A DNA stretch of 37,872 nucleotides, from UHGV virus genome UHGV-0206450. The stretch is one strand, 5' to 3'. The stretch comes from a virus. A model generated the notes under the pieces. The model did not search any database, was not told the origin of the DNA, and saw only the letters and a list, made by a program, of their open reading frames with translations. Every line of letters starts with the position of its first letter. Within the stretch, counting starts at the first letter, position 1. The position numbers and the translations under genes are program-made. Positions 9,401-19,080 of this stretch are shown piece after piece.

Positions 9401-10843
9401 TGAGGTTTCAAGCGTTGCCGTCCTACCTTCGACAGCATTCGCCTTATTATAGGCTTCGTTAGCTTTGCTACTAATAGAATTAACTGTCCCATTGATCGTA
9501 GTAACATCGGAAACAAGACCATTGACATCAATCTGGATTTTATCGGCTTTAGCCTGTGCAGACTGTGCATCAGCTTTTGCTTGATCAGCGGCTTCTTTTG
9601 CTTCGTCTCCGGCTTTTTTTGCCTCATCGACTGATTCTTTTACTGCATCCGGATTGATAAATGGTACCCAATCAAAGCCATCCCAGTAATTCATGATGGT
9701 TTGTTCACCATCTACCTGATACCAGATATCGCCTTTATTTGTAGCTGTAGGTCTATCCGGACCTTGAAAAACCTTGTTTTTGCCATCAGCAGAAATCCAA
9801 GCCTGATTTGCAGTACTTATTGCGTTTTCTAATCCAGCTTGAACTTCCTTACGGTATTCATTTTCTTGATTGATCTTCTTTTGAATAATATTGTCAGATC
9901 CACATGATACATCATGATCAATAATATTCCCTTCAGTATCATAACTTGTGGTATATGACATGATTCGAATTTTTTGTTCAAATCCAAGATCCTTATTAAT
10001 TGCCATGATATAATCGCCCTCATGGGGTTGATCATAATCATAGCCGGCTCTTGTTAAATCTTCCATATCGATATCAACTGATATCCCATAAGAACTTTCC
10101 ACATCATTTTTTAGACGATCAATAAAATTACTTTCAACTTTATACCGTTCATCAACGATAGGATCGCCCTCAAGTTTTCCGTATAACTCAGCAAGCGGAC
10201 TCAAATACTCAACTATTAATCTCCCCTTAGATTCATCATCGGGATCAAAAAAAGCACCATAGCCTCTCAAATAGGTAATGAATGATCCGGGATCTTTTTC
10301 AATCCTAAGTTCATTCAAATTAAATCCTTTTTTGACTACAGTTGAAAGGTTTGTCCCTACTTTTTCAAGAATACGGACTATTTTTCCATTTACTGAAAAC
10401 TCTACTCCGGTTGATGAAATGAAATCTTTAAATAAATCCAACCGGTTCTTCATACCAAAACTTTCTTTTTCAAAAGATGGTATGGTTACTTCTAAGCGAT
10501 ATTCATAACCGCTACCATTGAAAATGAATTGCAGATAGGCATTAGCAGTATTTGAACCATTCATTTCGGAATAAATTACAGATTTTCTCAAATCAAAAAA
10601 GAATTCATGAACCGCATCGAACTCAACAACAATACGATTACCTTCGTCAATAGGATTTACATAGGTTAAACAATAATTTTCCTCTTCAAACTGTAATCGC
10701 CATCCACGACCAATACCTTCTAAAATTTCATCGTTTGTATAGATAGTACCGGATAAAGATTTTTCGCCATTCACGCCCTTTGTTTTCTGACACTCAACAA
10801 TTGCAGCGTGTTGTTTACCGTATTCATCAATAAAATTAATCAC
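6482..10843 (-). CDS. Tail-associated lysin/fibre (Tal) fused to a receptor-binding fibre, with a C-terminal intramolecular-chaperone (peptidase S74-like) domain
   Basis: Prophage-tail (Tal) N-terminal domain, then a coiled-coil and repeat shaft (repeated SALTKATQVE.TA.G units). The C-terminus (GFIADEFHE ... AYDRL ... ILSDHEREIQLLKQEVEQLKIRIQELE) is typical of auto-cleaving fibre chaperone domains. Confidence 0.85.
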   Translation of the reverse strand: MINFIDEYGKQHAAIVECQKTKGVNGEKSLSGTIYTNDEILEGIGRGWRLQFEEENYCLTYVNPIDEGNRIVVEFDAVHEFFFDLRKSVIYSEMNGSNTANAYLQFIFNGSGYEYRLEVTIPSFEKESFGMKNRLDLFKDFISSTGVEFSVNGKIVRILEKVGTNLSTVVKKGFNLNELRIEKDPGSFITYLRGYGAFFDPDDESKGRLIVEYLSPLAELYGKLEGDPIVDERYKVESNFIDRLKNDVESSYGISVDIDMEDLTRAGYDYDQPHEGDYIMAINKDLGFEQKIRIMSYTTSYDTEGNIIDHDVSCGSDNIIQKKINQENEYRKEVQAGLENAISTANQAWISADGKNKVFQGPDRPTATNKGDIWYQVDGEQTIMNYWDGFDWVPFINPDAVKESVDEAKKAGDEAKEAADQAKADAQSAQAKADKIQIDVNGLVSDVTTINGTVNSISSKANEAYNKANAVEGRTATLETSVTGLTGRITDVESTATSTTKKLNDLVVTVDGQKQTIATVTNTANSALSKANVLESTVDGVKQTLTSVETNLANQVTSDRNLFLNSNVPASNESYLISTFAMSELMVEGEDYVFRAKMTLGAGKTWAGIWLDGGLISLVGRLTKDTDGTYYAKFKGKKGTNTVTNIIYIYVGEGSVTGVTSSIEWAKLTKSNVVFKDWSPAPADLATVSKVNQIESTVNGTIQTIASVKNTADSALTKATQVETTANGLKTTISSVETTANSALTKATQVEATASGIRQTVTEVQGSIADLVNKFPDPDFQKQNPKPTVEGYGITGQYDANGFLIDNTSGTAKQRVYWGSTPVALTVGKTYNIKLYMNTGSTGGTVEIGSAEGENIKVTPRAGYLTWVQGTIKATTYTAFSIWVEAGKAVRLRELYIYEANTDVTSAQFTQLSDTINFKVSKNDVVNQINVSTESILISGNKVHITGQTTIDNGVIKNAQIADLSVSTAKIANAAITDAKIGSLSATKITTGTLNAANVNIINLNANSITTGTISGTNLSINLATGEVIFNKGIIKNLDDTFQMNITTGVTASRGEYLSPNDTGNTLAAGYNLMNGKIEFYTGTFGEATVSYGGLTTETHSGQYKENGIWQAGMWSGNRPAIALKMANPNTSVWQSVHRAVLLSSTEYQEPFSSSFFTDATWLGYGDKNGADTKQNIRGAGIGVKQSGSDVNKDEAGGLFSEAWVIARHGVYLASGYAYDSTISGRRYLAPTIRLGTSKVNSGASESIKQMASTATITAGYKIAMQSKYIDLWAGDSGEITLNAQRTDINGGGDSSLYGGISFGADSNGARVWSKSIYNKTYSSGPQVCVTSYGTLGRITSARKYKMNIQVANKIVADAKKILEINPVSWIDKFELSSGNVKGRYYGFIADEFHEKGMTEVVFYDEKGQVEGLAYDRLTMYHNVILSDHEREIQLLKQEVEQLKIRIQELEAA

Positions 10844-10855
10844 TCAATCACCTCC

Positions 10856-11695
10856 CTACTTATAGAGTTCAACGAAATTGAGTAGTTGAATTGACCCTTT
10901 AAAATTTGTTGTCAAAGCGATTTTACCACTTGCAGATGGTGTTAAAATAAAGTGCTCATAATTCGTTTTATCATTGACATTCAACGAATTTAGTGTTGTT
11001 TCTATCCCTTTAATCATCAATACATCGCCACTTGCCATAGGTGTTACAGCATGATAGATAAATGTTCTATCCCCAACTTTTACAGTCACATCACCGTTTT
11101 GGATAGCATTCGACGTGAGCTTCATTATCCATGGCCATTCTAATTGGCTACATTTTGCAGTTCCTGCGTAATCAATAGTTGATGAAACAGTAACTGATCT
11201 TGGAATAGTCTCCCCAAATGGAAGCTCTGCCGTTCTTCCTTCAAAGGAAAATTTCATTCTTAAACCTGCAGCCGATAATCCGACAAATGTATATGAAATC
11301 TCGTTTTCTACGATTATTTTATATCGATACTTATACGCTTGATGTGGAATAGCAAGTAAATTTAAATCGCTTGTTTTTTGACCAGGTAATTCAAAATCAT
11401 ACAGTCCAGCAGTAGGGATTAATTTGGTAATATAAAAAGGCTCATCATTGCTGATAAGCCCATTTATTTGGTCCTTCTTTTCTTCTAATGCATATGCACT
11501 TTGAACAACGAAAGTTCCTGAAATAACGATTCGTTTTTCTTTGTGTACTGCCCCGGAGAATATATATCCACTTCGGTTTGTTACTTCTCTTTTATTCGTG
11601 ATTATAGAAGATGAACTGTCTTGAAAGTCAGTGACAAGTAACCCAATGGAGGAAAGTTTCGTTTCAACTCCATCTTTTGTGATCAAAGCATCCAT
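10856..11695 (-). CDS. Distal tail protein (Dit)
   Basis: Lies between the tape measure and Tal. Sipho_tail-like size (279 aa). Confidence 0.7.
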   Translation of the reverse strand: MDALITKDGVETKLSSIGLLVTDFQDSSSSIITNKREVTNRSGYIFSGAVHKEKRIVISGTFVVQSAYALEEKKDQINGLISNDEPFYITKLIPTAGLYDFELPGQKTSDLNLLAIPHQAYKYRYKIIVENEISYTFVGLSAAGLRMKFSFEGRTAELPFGETIPRSVTVSSTIDYAGTAKCSQLEWPWIMKLTSNAIQNGDVTVKVGDRTFIYHAVTPMASGDVLMIKGIETTLNSLNVNDKTNYEHFILTPSASGKIALTTNFKGSIQLLNFVELYK

Positions 11696-11707
11696 GATCT
11701 TTCCCCC

Positions 11708-14700
11708 TTAGTTAAAATAATCGTTTTTATTTTTATCACGTGCTTCTTTACGTTTAACTGTCGTGTAAATCTTATCTCCAACAATTTCATTGTGGACATA
11801 GATTTCATCCTTTTTGAGTTCTGATTCTGCGATATCTCGATCCATTTCATCAGTCAGGGTACTGATATTTTTATTAGTGAAAGTAGTATCACCAACCATA
11901 ACTGCTTCTGCTTGATACTGCTGCGCTTTGATAATGGATCCGAACTCGTTAGCTTGTTTGGCTACAAATCCAAACATTGACTGCATCCCTAGCCCAAGCC
12001 CTTTACCTAGCATTTCCCCCATCCAAGCAGTGACTCTGGAAGGTGAATGGATATCCAATGCCCTTTGAAGCGTTCTTCGTACATTAGCAGCGATACTATT
12101 TGCTACACTATAAATATATCCCGACGAACTCGAAAGCCCACTAGCAAGCCCAGAACCAGCGTAATAGCCGATACTGTTCATTTGGTATCGCAGACTTGAA
12201 AAGGCTGATACTATACGCGAAGATGCGCTTCTTGCTGTAGAAACCATCTTATTCATTCCATTGCTAAAGGCAGAAGCCATTTGAGAAGTGCTGCTGCTAA
12301 TTGAACGAGTTGCTTGGCTCATCGACTGCGTGCTTGCTTTACTTACGCTAGAAAAACCTTTGTTAACCGTACTTGATACTCTTTGCATTGCACTTGAAGC
12401 AGTTTGCTCCATGTTCTGCATAGACTGACCTACGCTTCTAGCCATTGATGTGATCTGTTTCGTAGAATTTTGATTAATGCCAGACGTGCTGTTATTAACA
12501 TTGTTCTGCATGGTATTCGCAGCACTTGTAGCGTTCTGTGTTGCTGTATTCATATTGCTAGTAACACTAGATTGTAGACTACCTAAAGAGCTCGTTACAT
12601 CACTGGCCATTGCAGAATAGTCACTAGTAGTATTAGATTTTGCATTCTTAGCGGCTTTTGTTGCATCTACCGAAGCAATGCTGCTTAAATCTGATACTGA
12701 ATTTTGCATGCTAGACATCGATTTACTAACGCTAGAGTTCGCTGTACTAAAACTGCTTGCGACTGATTGAGTAGCTGACTGTGTATCAGAATCCATTTCA
12801 TCGCCTTTGGATTTTGATTTGCCGGTGATTGTATCCCACAAATTACTAAATCCATTCTTGATTCCATCCCAAGCACCTTTTAATACTCCGGGAATAGCTT
12901 CTAAAACACCGCTCGCAAGAGATTTAACAATATCCCAACCAGCAGCTAAAATACTAGGCAACATTTGAATGATAGTTGCTACCAATGACATGATAATTTG
13001 AATACCACTTGAAATGATATTAGGTAGATTTTGTACTATACCGCTAACTAAAGCTTGGATAATCTGAACCGCTGCTTGTAAGATCATTGGTAAATTTTGC
13101 ACAATGAAATTACATAAGGCTTGAACGATTTGAACTGCACCGTTCAACAATTGAGGAATGTTAGCCATCAATCCATTGATTAAAGTCAAGATCGCATTCA
13201 AAGCTACTGGGAGTAACTGAGGTAACAATTGTGTTAATCCATTAATTAAACTTAATAGAATTTGAATACCGGTCTGAATAATCTGTGGTAGATTTGAAAC
13301 AATATTTCCAACAAAAGCTTCTAGAATTTGTTGCACTGAACTAACGATTTGCGGAATATTTTCTACAATACCGTTGATTAAGCTTAGCAATAAATTCATA
13401 CCCATCACTATCAATTGTGGCAATGCGCTTGCTAATGATGTCAGTATAGTTGTAATAATTGTCAAAGCTGAACTAATTAAAGAAGGTAGATTTTGAGCCA
13501 CACCGCCAACTAACGATCCAATAACGTCTACACCAGCTTGAACAATCAATGGCAACATTGTGGCAATCGTATTTGCTAATTTACTGATCAGCTGTGTACC
13601 GCTACTTATAAGTTGAGGTAATTGTGACGTAATCCCTTGAACAAATTTAGAAATTACTTCAGGACCTTTTGTCGTGACCATTTTTAACAAATCATCAATT
13701 TGAGATCCAAACTGATTATTTACTAATCCAAGTCCGGCGACAACAAGCCCTAAAATTGCTGCAGGTCCAACGGCTGCTAAGGCAACTTGCATGATCGTAG
13801 CCATTGCAGAAGTCATGCCGCCTAGCGCACCCATTCCTACAGTAGCCGCAGAAGAAAGTCCACCACCGATTTTAGGAAACAGACCAACTAATCCGCTCAC
13901 GTTTCCGGATACTAAACCGAAAGCTGAACTTAACGGACCAGATAAAATACCAGAAAAATTAATAAATCCTGTTGACAAAGTTTTTAGAACTGGCAAAGCG
14001 CTGTTTAGAGTTAATGCACCACCCAATAATCCAGCTATTGGAAGAATCCCAGAGATTACACTCTGCATATTTTTCAAAGACTCGCTAGACATCTCAGTGC
14101 CATTGACAAAATGATCTAAGATTGGAATAACACTATCAATTGCATTGTTAATCTTGTCCATATTGAAATCACCAATTTTATCGGTGATCTTACTAATGGC
14201 ATCAATCCCAACTTGGGAAAGTTTATCAAATGACGGTTGCAATTTATTTGTTAGAGTCTCTCGCAGACCATCCATTGCTTGCCCAACAGTTTTATACTCA
14301 GTCGCCATTTTGCTAAATGTGTCATTGGTTCCTACCTTCGTTATAGCATCAAAGAAATCTTGGGTCTTGATTGTACCGTCTTGAACAGCAGTGACCATTT
14401 CAGACGTTGACATTCCCATTTCCTTTGCTACTGCAGCAATACCAGCAGGTGTTTGTTCCAGCATCAACTTGAAGTCTTGCCATTGAACCATTGGTTTAGC
14501 AGCCATTTGGGTTGCCTGTTGACTAAGAGTTGTCATAGCTTGCGTTGGATTTTCAGCGGCTGCTGCCAAACCACCAAATCCCATTACCAATTTATCAGTA
14601 TTTTTTATACCTACCGCTGCTAACTGGCTGTAAGTTGTTGCCATCTCAGAAGCTGAATAAATTGTTTGAGTTGCAAAGTCTTGTAATTCTTTTTTTACTC

Positions 14701-15403
14701 CAGCAATTTCTTTCTTGCCCATGCCGATATTTTCCATATTGGCATTGAAAGTCTTCCAAGTGGCTGACCCTTCATTCAAATCTCCAACTAGCCCAGAAAT
14801 AGCACCAGAAATTAAAGAAATTCCTTTTTGTGCAATTGCATAAGCAGCACCGATACCAGCAACTTTTTTGATCAATCCGCTAGTGGCATCAGTTACTTTG
14901 TTGGTTTTGCTTCCCATGTTACTTAAGGCTGTTGCAGCTTTCGTTCCTGCTTTGTTAAAAGCACTAGTTAAACCACTACCGACTTTGGTACCAATCGTAG
15001 TAGTAGTTTTAACCATTCCATTCAAGCCTTTTGCAACTAGGCTCGAAGTATTACTTGCAGCTTTCGATACTTCTCCAAAGCCTTTTCTTATGGGCTGAGG
15101 TATTTTTTCTCCAATAGAAGCAATTACCCTTTGGATTTGACCACCAGCTGAGCTAAATGGCTCAACCATACTAGTTTTGAGACCACTTAACTTTGAAGGA
15201 ACGGCTGAACTGAGTTGCCCCATAATGCTACCAACCTTTGAAACAATACCATTTGTGCTGTTTGTCATGCTAGATTGAACTTTGCTCATAGCAGATGTAG
15301 TACTGCTTACAACATCAGACATAGCTTTTTTATAGTCGCCGGTATCTGCACCAATCAGCGCTTTTATAGATCCAGTGATTTCTCCTGCTACCATATATCT
15401 CAC
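11708..15403 (-). CDS. Tape measure protein
   Basis: 1231 aa, with a long helical region of periodic repeats (..NLPQII..GIQIL.SLINGL..), downstream of the G/T chaperone pair. Confidence 0.9.
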   Translation of the reverse strand: MRYMVAGEITGSIKALIGADTGDYKKAMSDVVSSTTSAMSKVQSSMTNSTNGIVSKVGSIMGQLSSAVPSKLSGLKTSMVEPFSSAGGQIQRVIASIGEKIPQPIRKGFGEVSKAASNTSSLVAKGLNGMVKTTTTIGTKVGSGLTSAFNKAGTKAATALSNMGSKTNKVTDATSGLIKKVAGIGAAYAIAQKGISLISGAISGLVGDLNEGSATWKTFNANMENIGMGKKEIAGVKKELQDFATQTIYSASEMATTYSQLAAVGIKNTDKLVMGFGGLAAAAENPTQAMTTLSQQATQMAAKPMVQWQDFKLMLEQTPAGIAAVAKEMGMSTSEMVTAVQDGTIKTQDFFDAITKVGTNDTFSKMATEYKTVGQAMDGLRETLTNKLQPSFDKLSQVGIDAISKITDKIGDFNMDKINNAIDSVIPILDHFVNGTEMSSESLKNMQSVISGILPIAGLLGGALTLNSALPVLKTLSTGFINFSGILSGPLSSAFGLVSGNVSGLVGLFPKIGGGLSSAATVGMGALGGMTSAMATIMQVALAAVGPAAILGLVVAGLGLVNNQFGSQIDDLLKMVTTKGPEVISKFVQGITSQLPQLISSGTQLISKLANTIATMLPLIVQAGVDVIGSLVGGVAQNLPSLISSALTIITTILTSLASALPQLIVMGMNLLLSLINGIVENIPQIVSSVQQILEAFVGNIVSNLPQIIQTGIQILLSLINGLTQLLPQLLPVALNAILTLINGLMANIPQLLNGAVQIVQALCNFIVQNLPMILQAAVQIIQALVSGIVQNLPNIISSGIQIIMSLVATIIQMLPSILAAGWDIVKSLASGVLEAIPGVLKGAWDGIKNGFSNLWDTITGKSKSKGDEMDSDTQSATQSVASSFSTANSSVSKSMSSMQNSVSDLSSIASVDATKAAKNAKSNTTSDYSAMASDVTSSLGSLQSSVTSNMNTATQNATSAANTMQNNVNNSTSGINQNSTKQITSMARSVGQSMQNMEQTASSAMQRVSSTVNKGFSSVSKASTQSMSQATRSISSSTSQMASAFSNGMNKMVSTARSASSRIVSAFSSLRYQMNSIGYYAGSGLASGLSSSSGYIYSVANSIAANVRRTLQRALDIHSPSRVTAWMGEMLGKGLGLGMQSMFGFVAKQANEFGSIIKAQQYQAEAVMVGDTTFTNKNISTLTDEMDRDIAESELKKDEIYVHNEIVGDKIYTTVKRKEARDKNKNDYFN

Positions 15404-15675
15404 CTCCTATTTCTAAAGTGTTCCAAAGCTTTCAAAGCTTTATCCAAGCGCTTGTTACCTTTTTTCGTTTGTTTAGCATTTCGATCAAATGCTTTCTTAA
15501 TTCGATTTTCTGCTGATTTTTTATTAATAATTTTTTTCATTTGTGGCTTTTTAGCATTTAAGATATAGCGCAAATTAAATCCAAAAATAGCATTTTGTTC
15601 CTGTTTGTCTAATTCACGCAAACTCAAGCCTTCAAGAATTGCTTCAAGTTCCCATAAGTAACAATTCATAATCAA
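15400..15675 (-). CDS. gpT-like extension of the tail assembly chaperone, reached by a -1 frameshift from the gpG frame
   Basis: The basic ORF lies in the -1 frame relative to 15711..16184, and that frame stays open across the G stop codon. This is the canonical G/G-T arrangement upstream of the tape measure. Confidence 0.5.
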   Translation of the reverse strand: MIMNCYLWELEAILEGLSLRELDKQEQNAIFGFNLRYILNAKKPQMKKIINKKSAENRIKKAFDRNAKQTKKGNKRLDKALKALEHFRNRR

Positions 15676-15710
15676 ATCAATATCAGTTAAACCATACCTT
15701 GCACAGTTGA

Positions 15711-16184
15711 CTATGAGATCTCTTTCGTGATTCTTTCCGCTAATTTCTTCAACTCGTCCGCTTGAAGCTTCGACTCTTCCGTTTCTCGAGCCGCTATAAC
15801 TTTGTGAGCTTTCTCCAGATTCTCCTTGTATTTGCGGATCTTGCTCACGAAAAAACCTGATGCTAACATTTCTTCTTTCAGATCAGCAAAAATTTGATTG
15901 TAGGCTTCCTCTTCACCCATTCCGCTATTAACAAGATTGTCTGTATAATTTTGTACAGCTTCTAAAACATCATTTTCGGTAAAATTCTTATCGACAAGTT
16001 GTAACAAGTTGACTAAAGCATCATCTTCTTTCTCTAGAACTTGAACAAAAAGAATCCCGGCACCATCATTTTGAGAATTTCCATCCGCATCTTTTGATGC
16101 TAATTTTTTGTTAGCCTTAAAATTTAAAGCGTAGTTGAATTTGATATTGCAATCTTTGTTTTTTACTTTGATATCAAAAGACAT
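15711..16184 (-). CDS. Tail assembly chaperone (gpG-like)
   Basis: Acidic 157-aa protein between the major tail protein region and the tape measure. GGAGG RBS. Confidence 0.7.
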   Translation of the reverse strand: MSFDIKVKNKDCNIKFNYALNFKANKKLASKDADGNSQNDGAGILFVQVLEKEDDALVNLLQLVDKNFTENDVLEAVQNYTDNLVNSGMGEEEAYNQIFADLKEEMLASGFFVSKIRKYKENLEKAHKVIAARETEESKLQADELKKLAERITKEIS

Positions 16185-16217
16185 TTAACCATTCCTCCTA
16201 AATAAAAAAGAGCCAGT

Positions 16218-17093
16218 CTAACGACTAACTCTTTTAATTGCTTCCACATATTTTGCTGACGCTTTTCTTTTATTAACAAAAGATAGATCATCTTCAAATG
16301 GTGATGTATCAACGTACTTGCCTTTAAAGAATAGATCGCGATCTTTTTCGGTTACTCCTGCATTATGAAGAATTTTTACTTGTTTACATTTCTCAATTGA
16401 ATCCGTAGAAAAGCAAAAAGATAATTCTTCGTGGATTTTAGGTCCAACATTGAAATACATCATATTCCAAAGTTGCGCCCACATTTCAGCAGTCCATTTT
16501 TGAATGTTGCTATTCACTTTTTTAAAGTATTGATAAAGACGATTTGAATCGAAATAAACTTTTTTCCAATACTCCGCTCTAGGATTCTTTATAACCCACT
16601 GTGCACCACCAGAATTAAAATTAATGGTTTCCAACGATTCCACTGAAACATTTACGATCTCAGCCATACCTTTCAAAATAGATTCTCCATTTTCACAACT
16701 GCGAATATAATCAAGATTTAGGTAGTGGTTGCAATCACTGCAATACCAAACATCTTCTTTTGAAGTCATTTTACGCAAATCAATCTTTTGATTGAAAATG
16801 ACATCCGAATCAATATAAACATACCGCTCTTTTTCACGTTTAGGATCTTCTTTCAAGTATTGCCACCACAGATAAGGCTTGATAGAAGGAATATAACCTT
16901 TATCCTCTCTATCATCTCTATATACGTGAACTTCAACATTGTATTTATCAGCTAAATAAGCAGGAATTGTTGAATCATGTTCGCTAAAAAGCAGTACAAT
17001 ATCATTGATACCGAACGACTTCAAGTTAGTTAAACAAACTTCAAGTTCCCACTTGAAACGATTGATAGCAGGTTGACAAAGAATATATTTCAT
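16218..17093 (-). CDS. Putative glycosyltransferase-like protein (291 aa) embedded in the tail gene cluster
   Basis: A hydrophobic strand followed by a DxD motif (RYVYIDSDVIF). Sits immediately after the major tail protein gene, and both major tail and major capsid proteins end in oligo-Thr tracts. The assignment rests on motif and position only. Confidence 0.4.
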   Translation of the reverse strand: MKYILCQPAINRFKWELEVCLTNLKSFGINDIVLLFSEHDSTIPAYLADKYNVEVHVYRDDREDKGYIPSIKPYLWWQYLKEDPKREKERYVYIDSDVIFNQKIDLRKMTSKEDVWYCSDCNHYLNLDYIRSCENGESILKGMAEIVNVSVESLETINFNSGGAQWVIKNPRAEYWKKVYFDSNRLYQYFKKVNSNIQKWTAEMWAQLWNMMYFNVGPKIHEELSFCFSTDSIEKCKQVKILHNAGVTEKDRDLFFKGKYVDTSPFEDDLSFVNKRKASAKYVEAIKRVSR

Positions 17094-17102
17094 TTTTCTC
17101 AC

Positions 17103-17726
17103 CTACTCCTGCGTCGTTGTGGTGGTAGTTGCTTGTGTTGTGGTCGTAGTCGTTTGAATATCATCGTAGTCTCCAGTTGTTTCACCTGGGTTTTGGTAAT
17201 CATACAGTGCTTCAATTGCTGAAATATCGTCATTTGATAATGGGAATTTACCTTCTTGAAGTTTTCCGATAATGTTTAATGTGTAAGAAGCTTCCACAAG
17301 ATCATCACCGTCCGCAATCTCCACATCATCGGGCATACCGTAGCCGAATTCCGCTGGATATAGCTTTACATCAGTTTCTCCTTCGGCTTCTTCAGCAACA
17401 GAATCATCAATTTCCACACGCCAAACTTTTACAGACGTTCCATTTTTCTTTGCATCTTTGACAACTTTGATCGCTTCGTCTTTCGGTACAAAATATTGTG
17501 TCAAATCAATCGAATGCTCGTCAGTTGATTTGATGATAATACGCCCCATTTTAGTTTGCTCATCAATATTTTCTCCGCCATATGTTACGCCCCCTTCTGT
17601 TTGAAAAGCAGGCAATAGCGCAGGTGAGCCAATTTCTGCAGAAACTGATTGGATAAAATACCAGACTTTCTTAGCAGTCAATGCTTTACCTGTAGTTTTT
17701 TTGACGCCATTATTTACAATAGCCAT
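17103..17726 (-). CDS. Major tail protein with a C-terminal oligo-threonine tail
   Basis: Position and size (207 aa). C-terminus DIQTTTTTTQATTTTTTQE, encoded by mixed Thr codons. Confidence 0.8.
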   Translation of the reverse strand: MAIVNNGVKKTTGKALTAKKVWYFIQSVSAEIGSPALLPAFQTEGGVTYGGENIDEQTKMGRIIIKSTDEHSIDLTQYFVPKDEAIKVVKDAKKNGTSVKVWRVEIDDSVAEEAEGETDVKLYPAEFGYGMPDDVEIADGDDLVEASYTLNIIGKLQEGKFPLSNDDISAIEALYDYQNPGETTGDYDDIQTTTTTTQATTTTTTQE

Positions 17727-17738
17727 GTTTCATTCCTC

Positions 17739-18089
17739 CTAAATTATTAGTTCGTTGATTCTGAAAACTACATGATAGACTTCTCGACCAACTGAGCTAT
17801 CAATAAGTACTTGGTGAGTAAGCCGCTTGTTTAACGCAACTTTCGTTTTAAAAATAGCTTCTTCTAAATTTGTCCGACTGTTAATCGGATAAAATAAATC
17901 GATCTGCAAACTTGTATCAACGATCGCTGGTCCAAATTTAGCACTTGGTGAATCGTCACCTGTATGAGCGCCTATCACATAAAAAGGCTCCTTGATCGAT
18001 TGATCTGGGAGCTTAAATTCTACTGGTATTCCTGTAGCTGAGAGCTTAATAGAAATATTTTTCAAGTATTCTGTCATTGGAGAGTACAT
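17739..18089 (-). CDS. Tail terminator / head-tail joining component (gp17-like)
   Basis: 116 aa, lying between the HK97 gp10-like gene and the major tail protein. Confidence 0.5.
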   Translation of the reverse strand: MYSPMTEYLKNISIKLSATGIPVEFKLPDQSIKEPFYVIGAHTGDDSPSAKFGPAIVDTSLQIDLFYPINSRTNLEEAIFKTKVALNKRLTHQVLIDSSVGREVYHVVFRINELII

Positions 18090-18093
18090 ACAA

Positions 18094-18438
18094 TCATCCT
18101 CTCACTAATTTGGTAAGTCGTTTTTGAAGTATTGGCCAATCTGCTTTTAATGCCGGAAATAGAAAAGGTTGTGCAAACATGAATCGTGTTCCCATCTCTA
18201 CAAAAATAGAATAGTTCGCTGGCGAAATAACTTCTGCTTGCATCAATCCGATTACACTAGCATAAATATTATTCGACATCCACCCGGTATCCCAAGGAGC
18301 TAATTTCTTACTTCCCTTTTCTACACGTAAACTAGATAGCTTAATTTCTTGATCAATTGCTTTTTCTAATTGTGGTGCTTTTCGCTGAACGTTTCGAATA
18401 AATTGCTTCATGCCTTTTATTTTCACGCTTTTACTCAT
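18094..18438 (-). CDS. HK97 gp10-family tail completion protein
   Basis: VEMGT ... AQPFL motif. ATG 18438 overlaps the upstream stop as ATGA. A GTG at 18471 is an alternative start. Confidence 0.6.
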   Translation of the reverse strand: MSKSVKIKGMKQFIRNVQRKAPQLEKAIDQEIKLSSLRVEKGSKKLAPWDTGWMSNNIYASVIGLMQAEVISPANYSIFVEMGTRFMFAQPFLFPALKADWPILQKRLTKLVRG

Positions 18439-18716
18439 GTCAAAATCACCACCGTTGAATTTCGGTGCCACTTCGTCTGATAAACAGATCGCTCCAGACC
18501 GTCATATTCAATTTTAGAAAAACCTTTGTGGATCCCTTGAATATGCAATTTGAACGCCTTCTGATTGTACTTTCCAAAGATTCCTATTTGTTCATTACTT
18601 GATAATCCAGTTTTGCCGCACGGCTCAATTACTTTCTTTTCCTCAATGTCGTCATCGCCAAGATAACCAGGGACCTTTCTTTCATAGGTTATCTTGACGC
18701 GATCATTGTAATTCAA
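18435..18716 (-). CDS. Head closure / head-tail adaptor protein
   Basis: Begins MNYNDRVKI, typical of head-closure proteins. The TTG start overlaps the connector stop as TTGA, with a GAGG RBS. Confidence 0.55.
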   Translation of the reverse strand: MNYNDRVKITYERKVPGYLGDDDIEEKKVIEPCGKTGLSSNEQIGIFGKYNQKAFKLHIQGIHKGFSKIEYDGLERSVYQTKWHRNSTVVILT

Positions 18717-19066
18717 CTAAAAAACCTCGTGATACCTTTGCCGGCACGAATTGTGGGCTTAGTATACTCATCGAAAATATCCAGATACTCATTCAAATAA
18801 GATGGTTCCCAAGAATAGGAACGACCTTCCTCACTATCTGCAGTAGTCCCCTCACTGTTGCGTTTATTAAAACGTTTGATAGCGACATCCCTTTGAATAT
18901 AGATCAGGTCTGTTGGAATAGTCTTGTGCTTGTCAGTATCATTTTTTGCAGCAAATTGATTTAAAACGGATAAGATCCGTTGCTCGCTATCCTCAATAAT
19001 CAAATTAAGCAACGGATCTTGTAACGCATCTTGAATACCTAGAAACAGCTTGATGTCTTCTAGCAT
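18713..19066 (-). CDS. gp6-like head-tail connector (DNA-packaging adaptor)
   Basis: Position directly after the major capsid gene. Size 117 aa. Confidence 0.6.
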   Translation of the reverse strand: MLEDIKLFLGIQDALQDPLLNLIIEDSEQRILSVLNQFAAKNDTDKHKTIPTDLIYIQRDVAIKRFNKRNSEGTTADSEEGRSYSWEPSYLNEYLDIFDEYTKPTIRAGKGITRFFS

Positions 19067-19080
19067 TTCTATCCCCTACC

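Noticed and set aside
6484-15098. Numerous + strand ORFs of 60-107 aa inside the tail fibre and tape measure genes (for example 6484..6681, 7480..7686, 7737..8003, 13791..14114, 14145..14384, 14868..15098)
   Set aside because: All lie antisense within long, well-supported - strand structural genes. They have no RBS and low-complexity translations, and are shadow ORFs.
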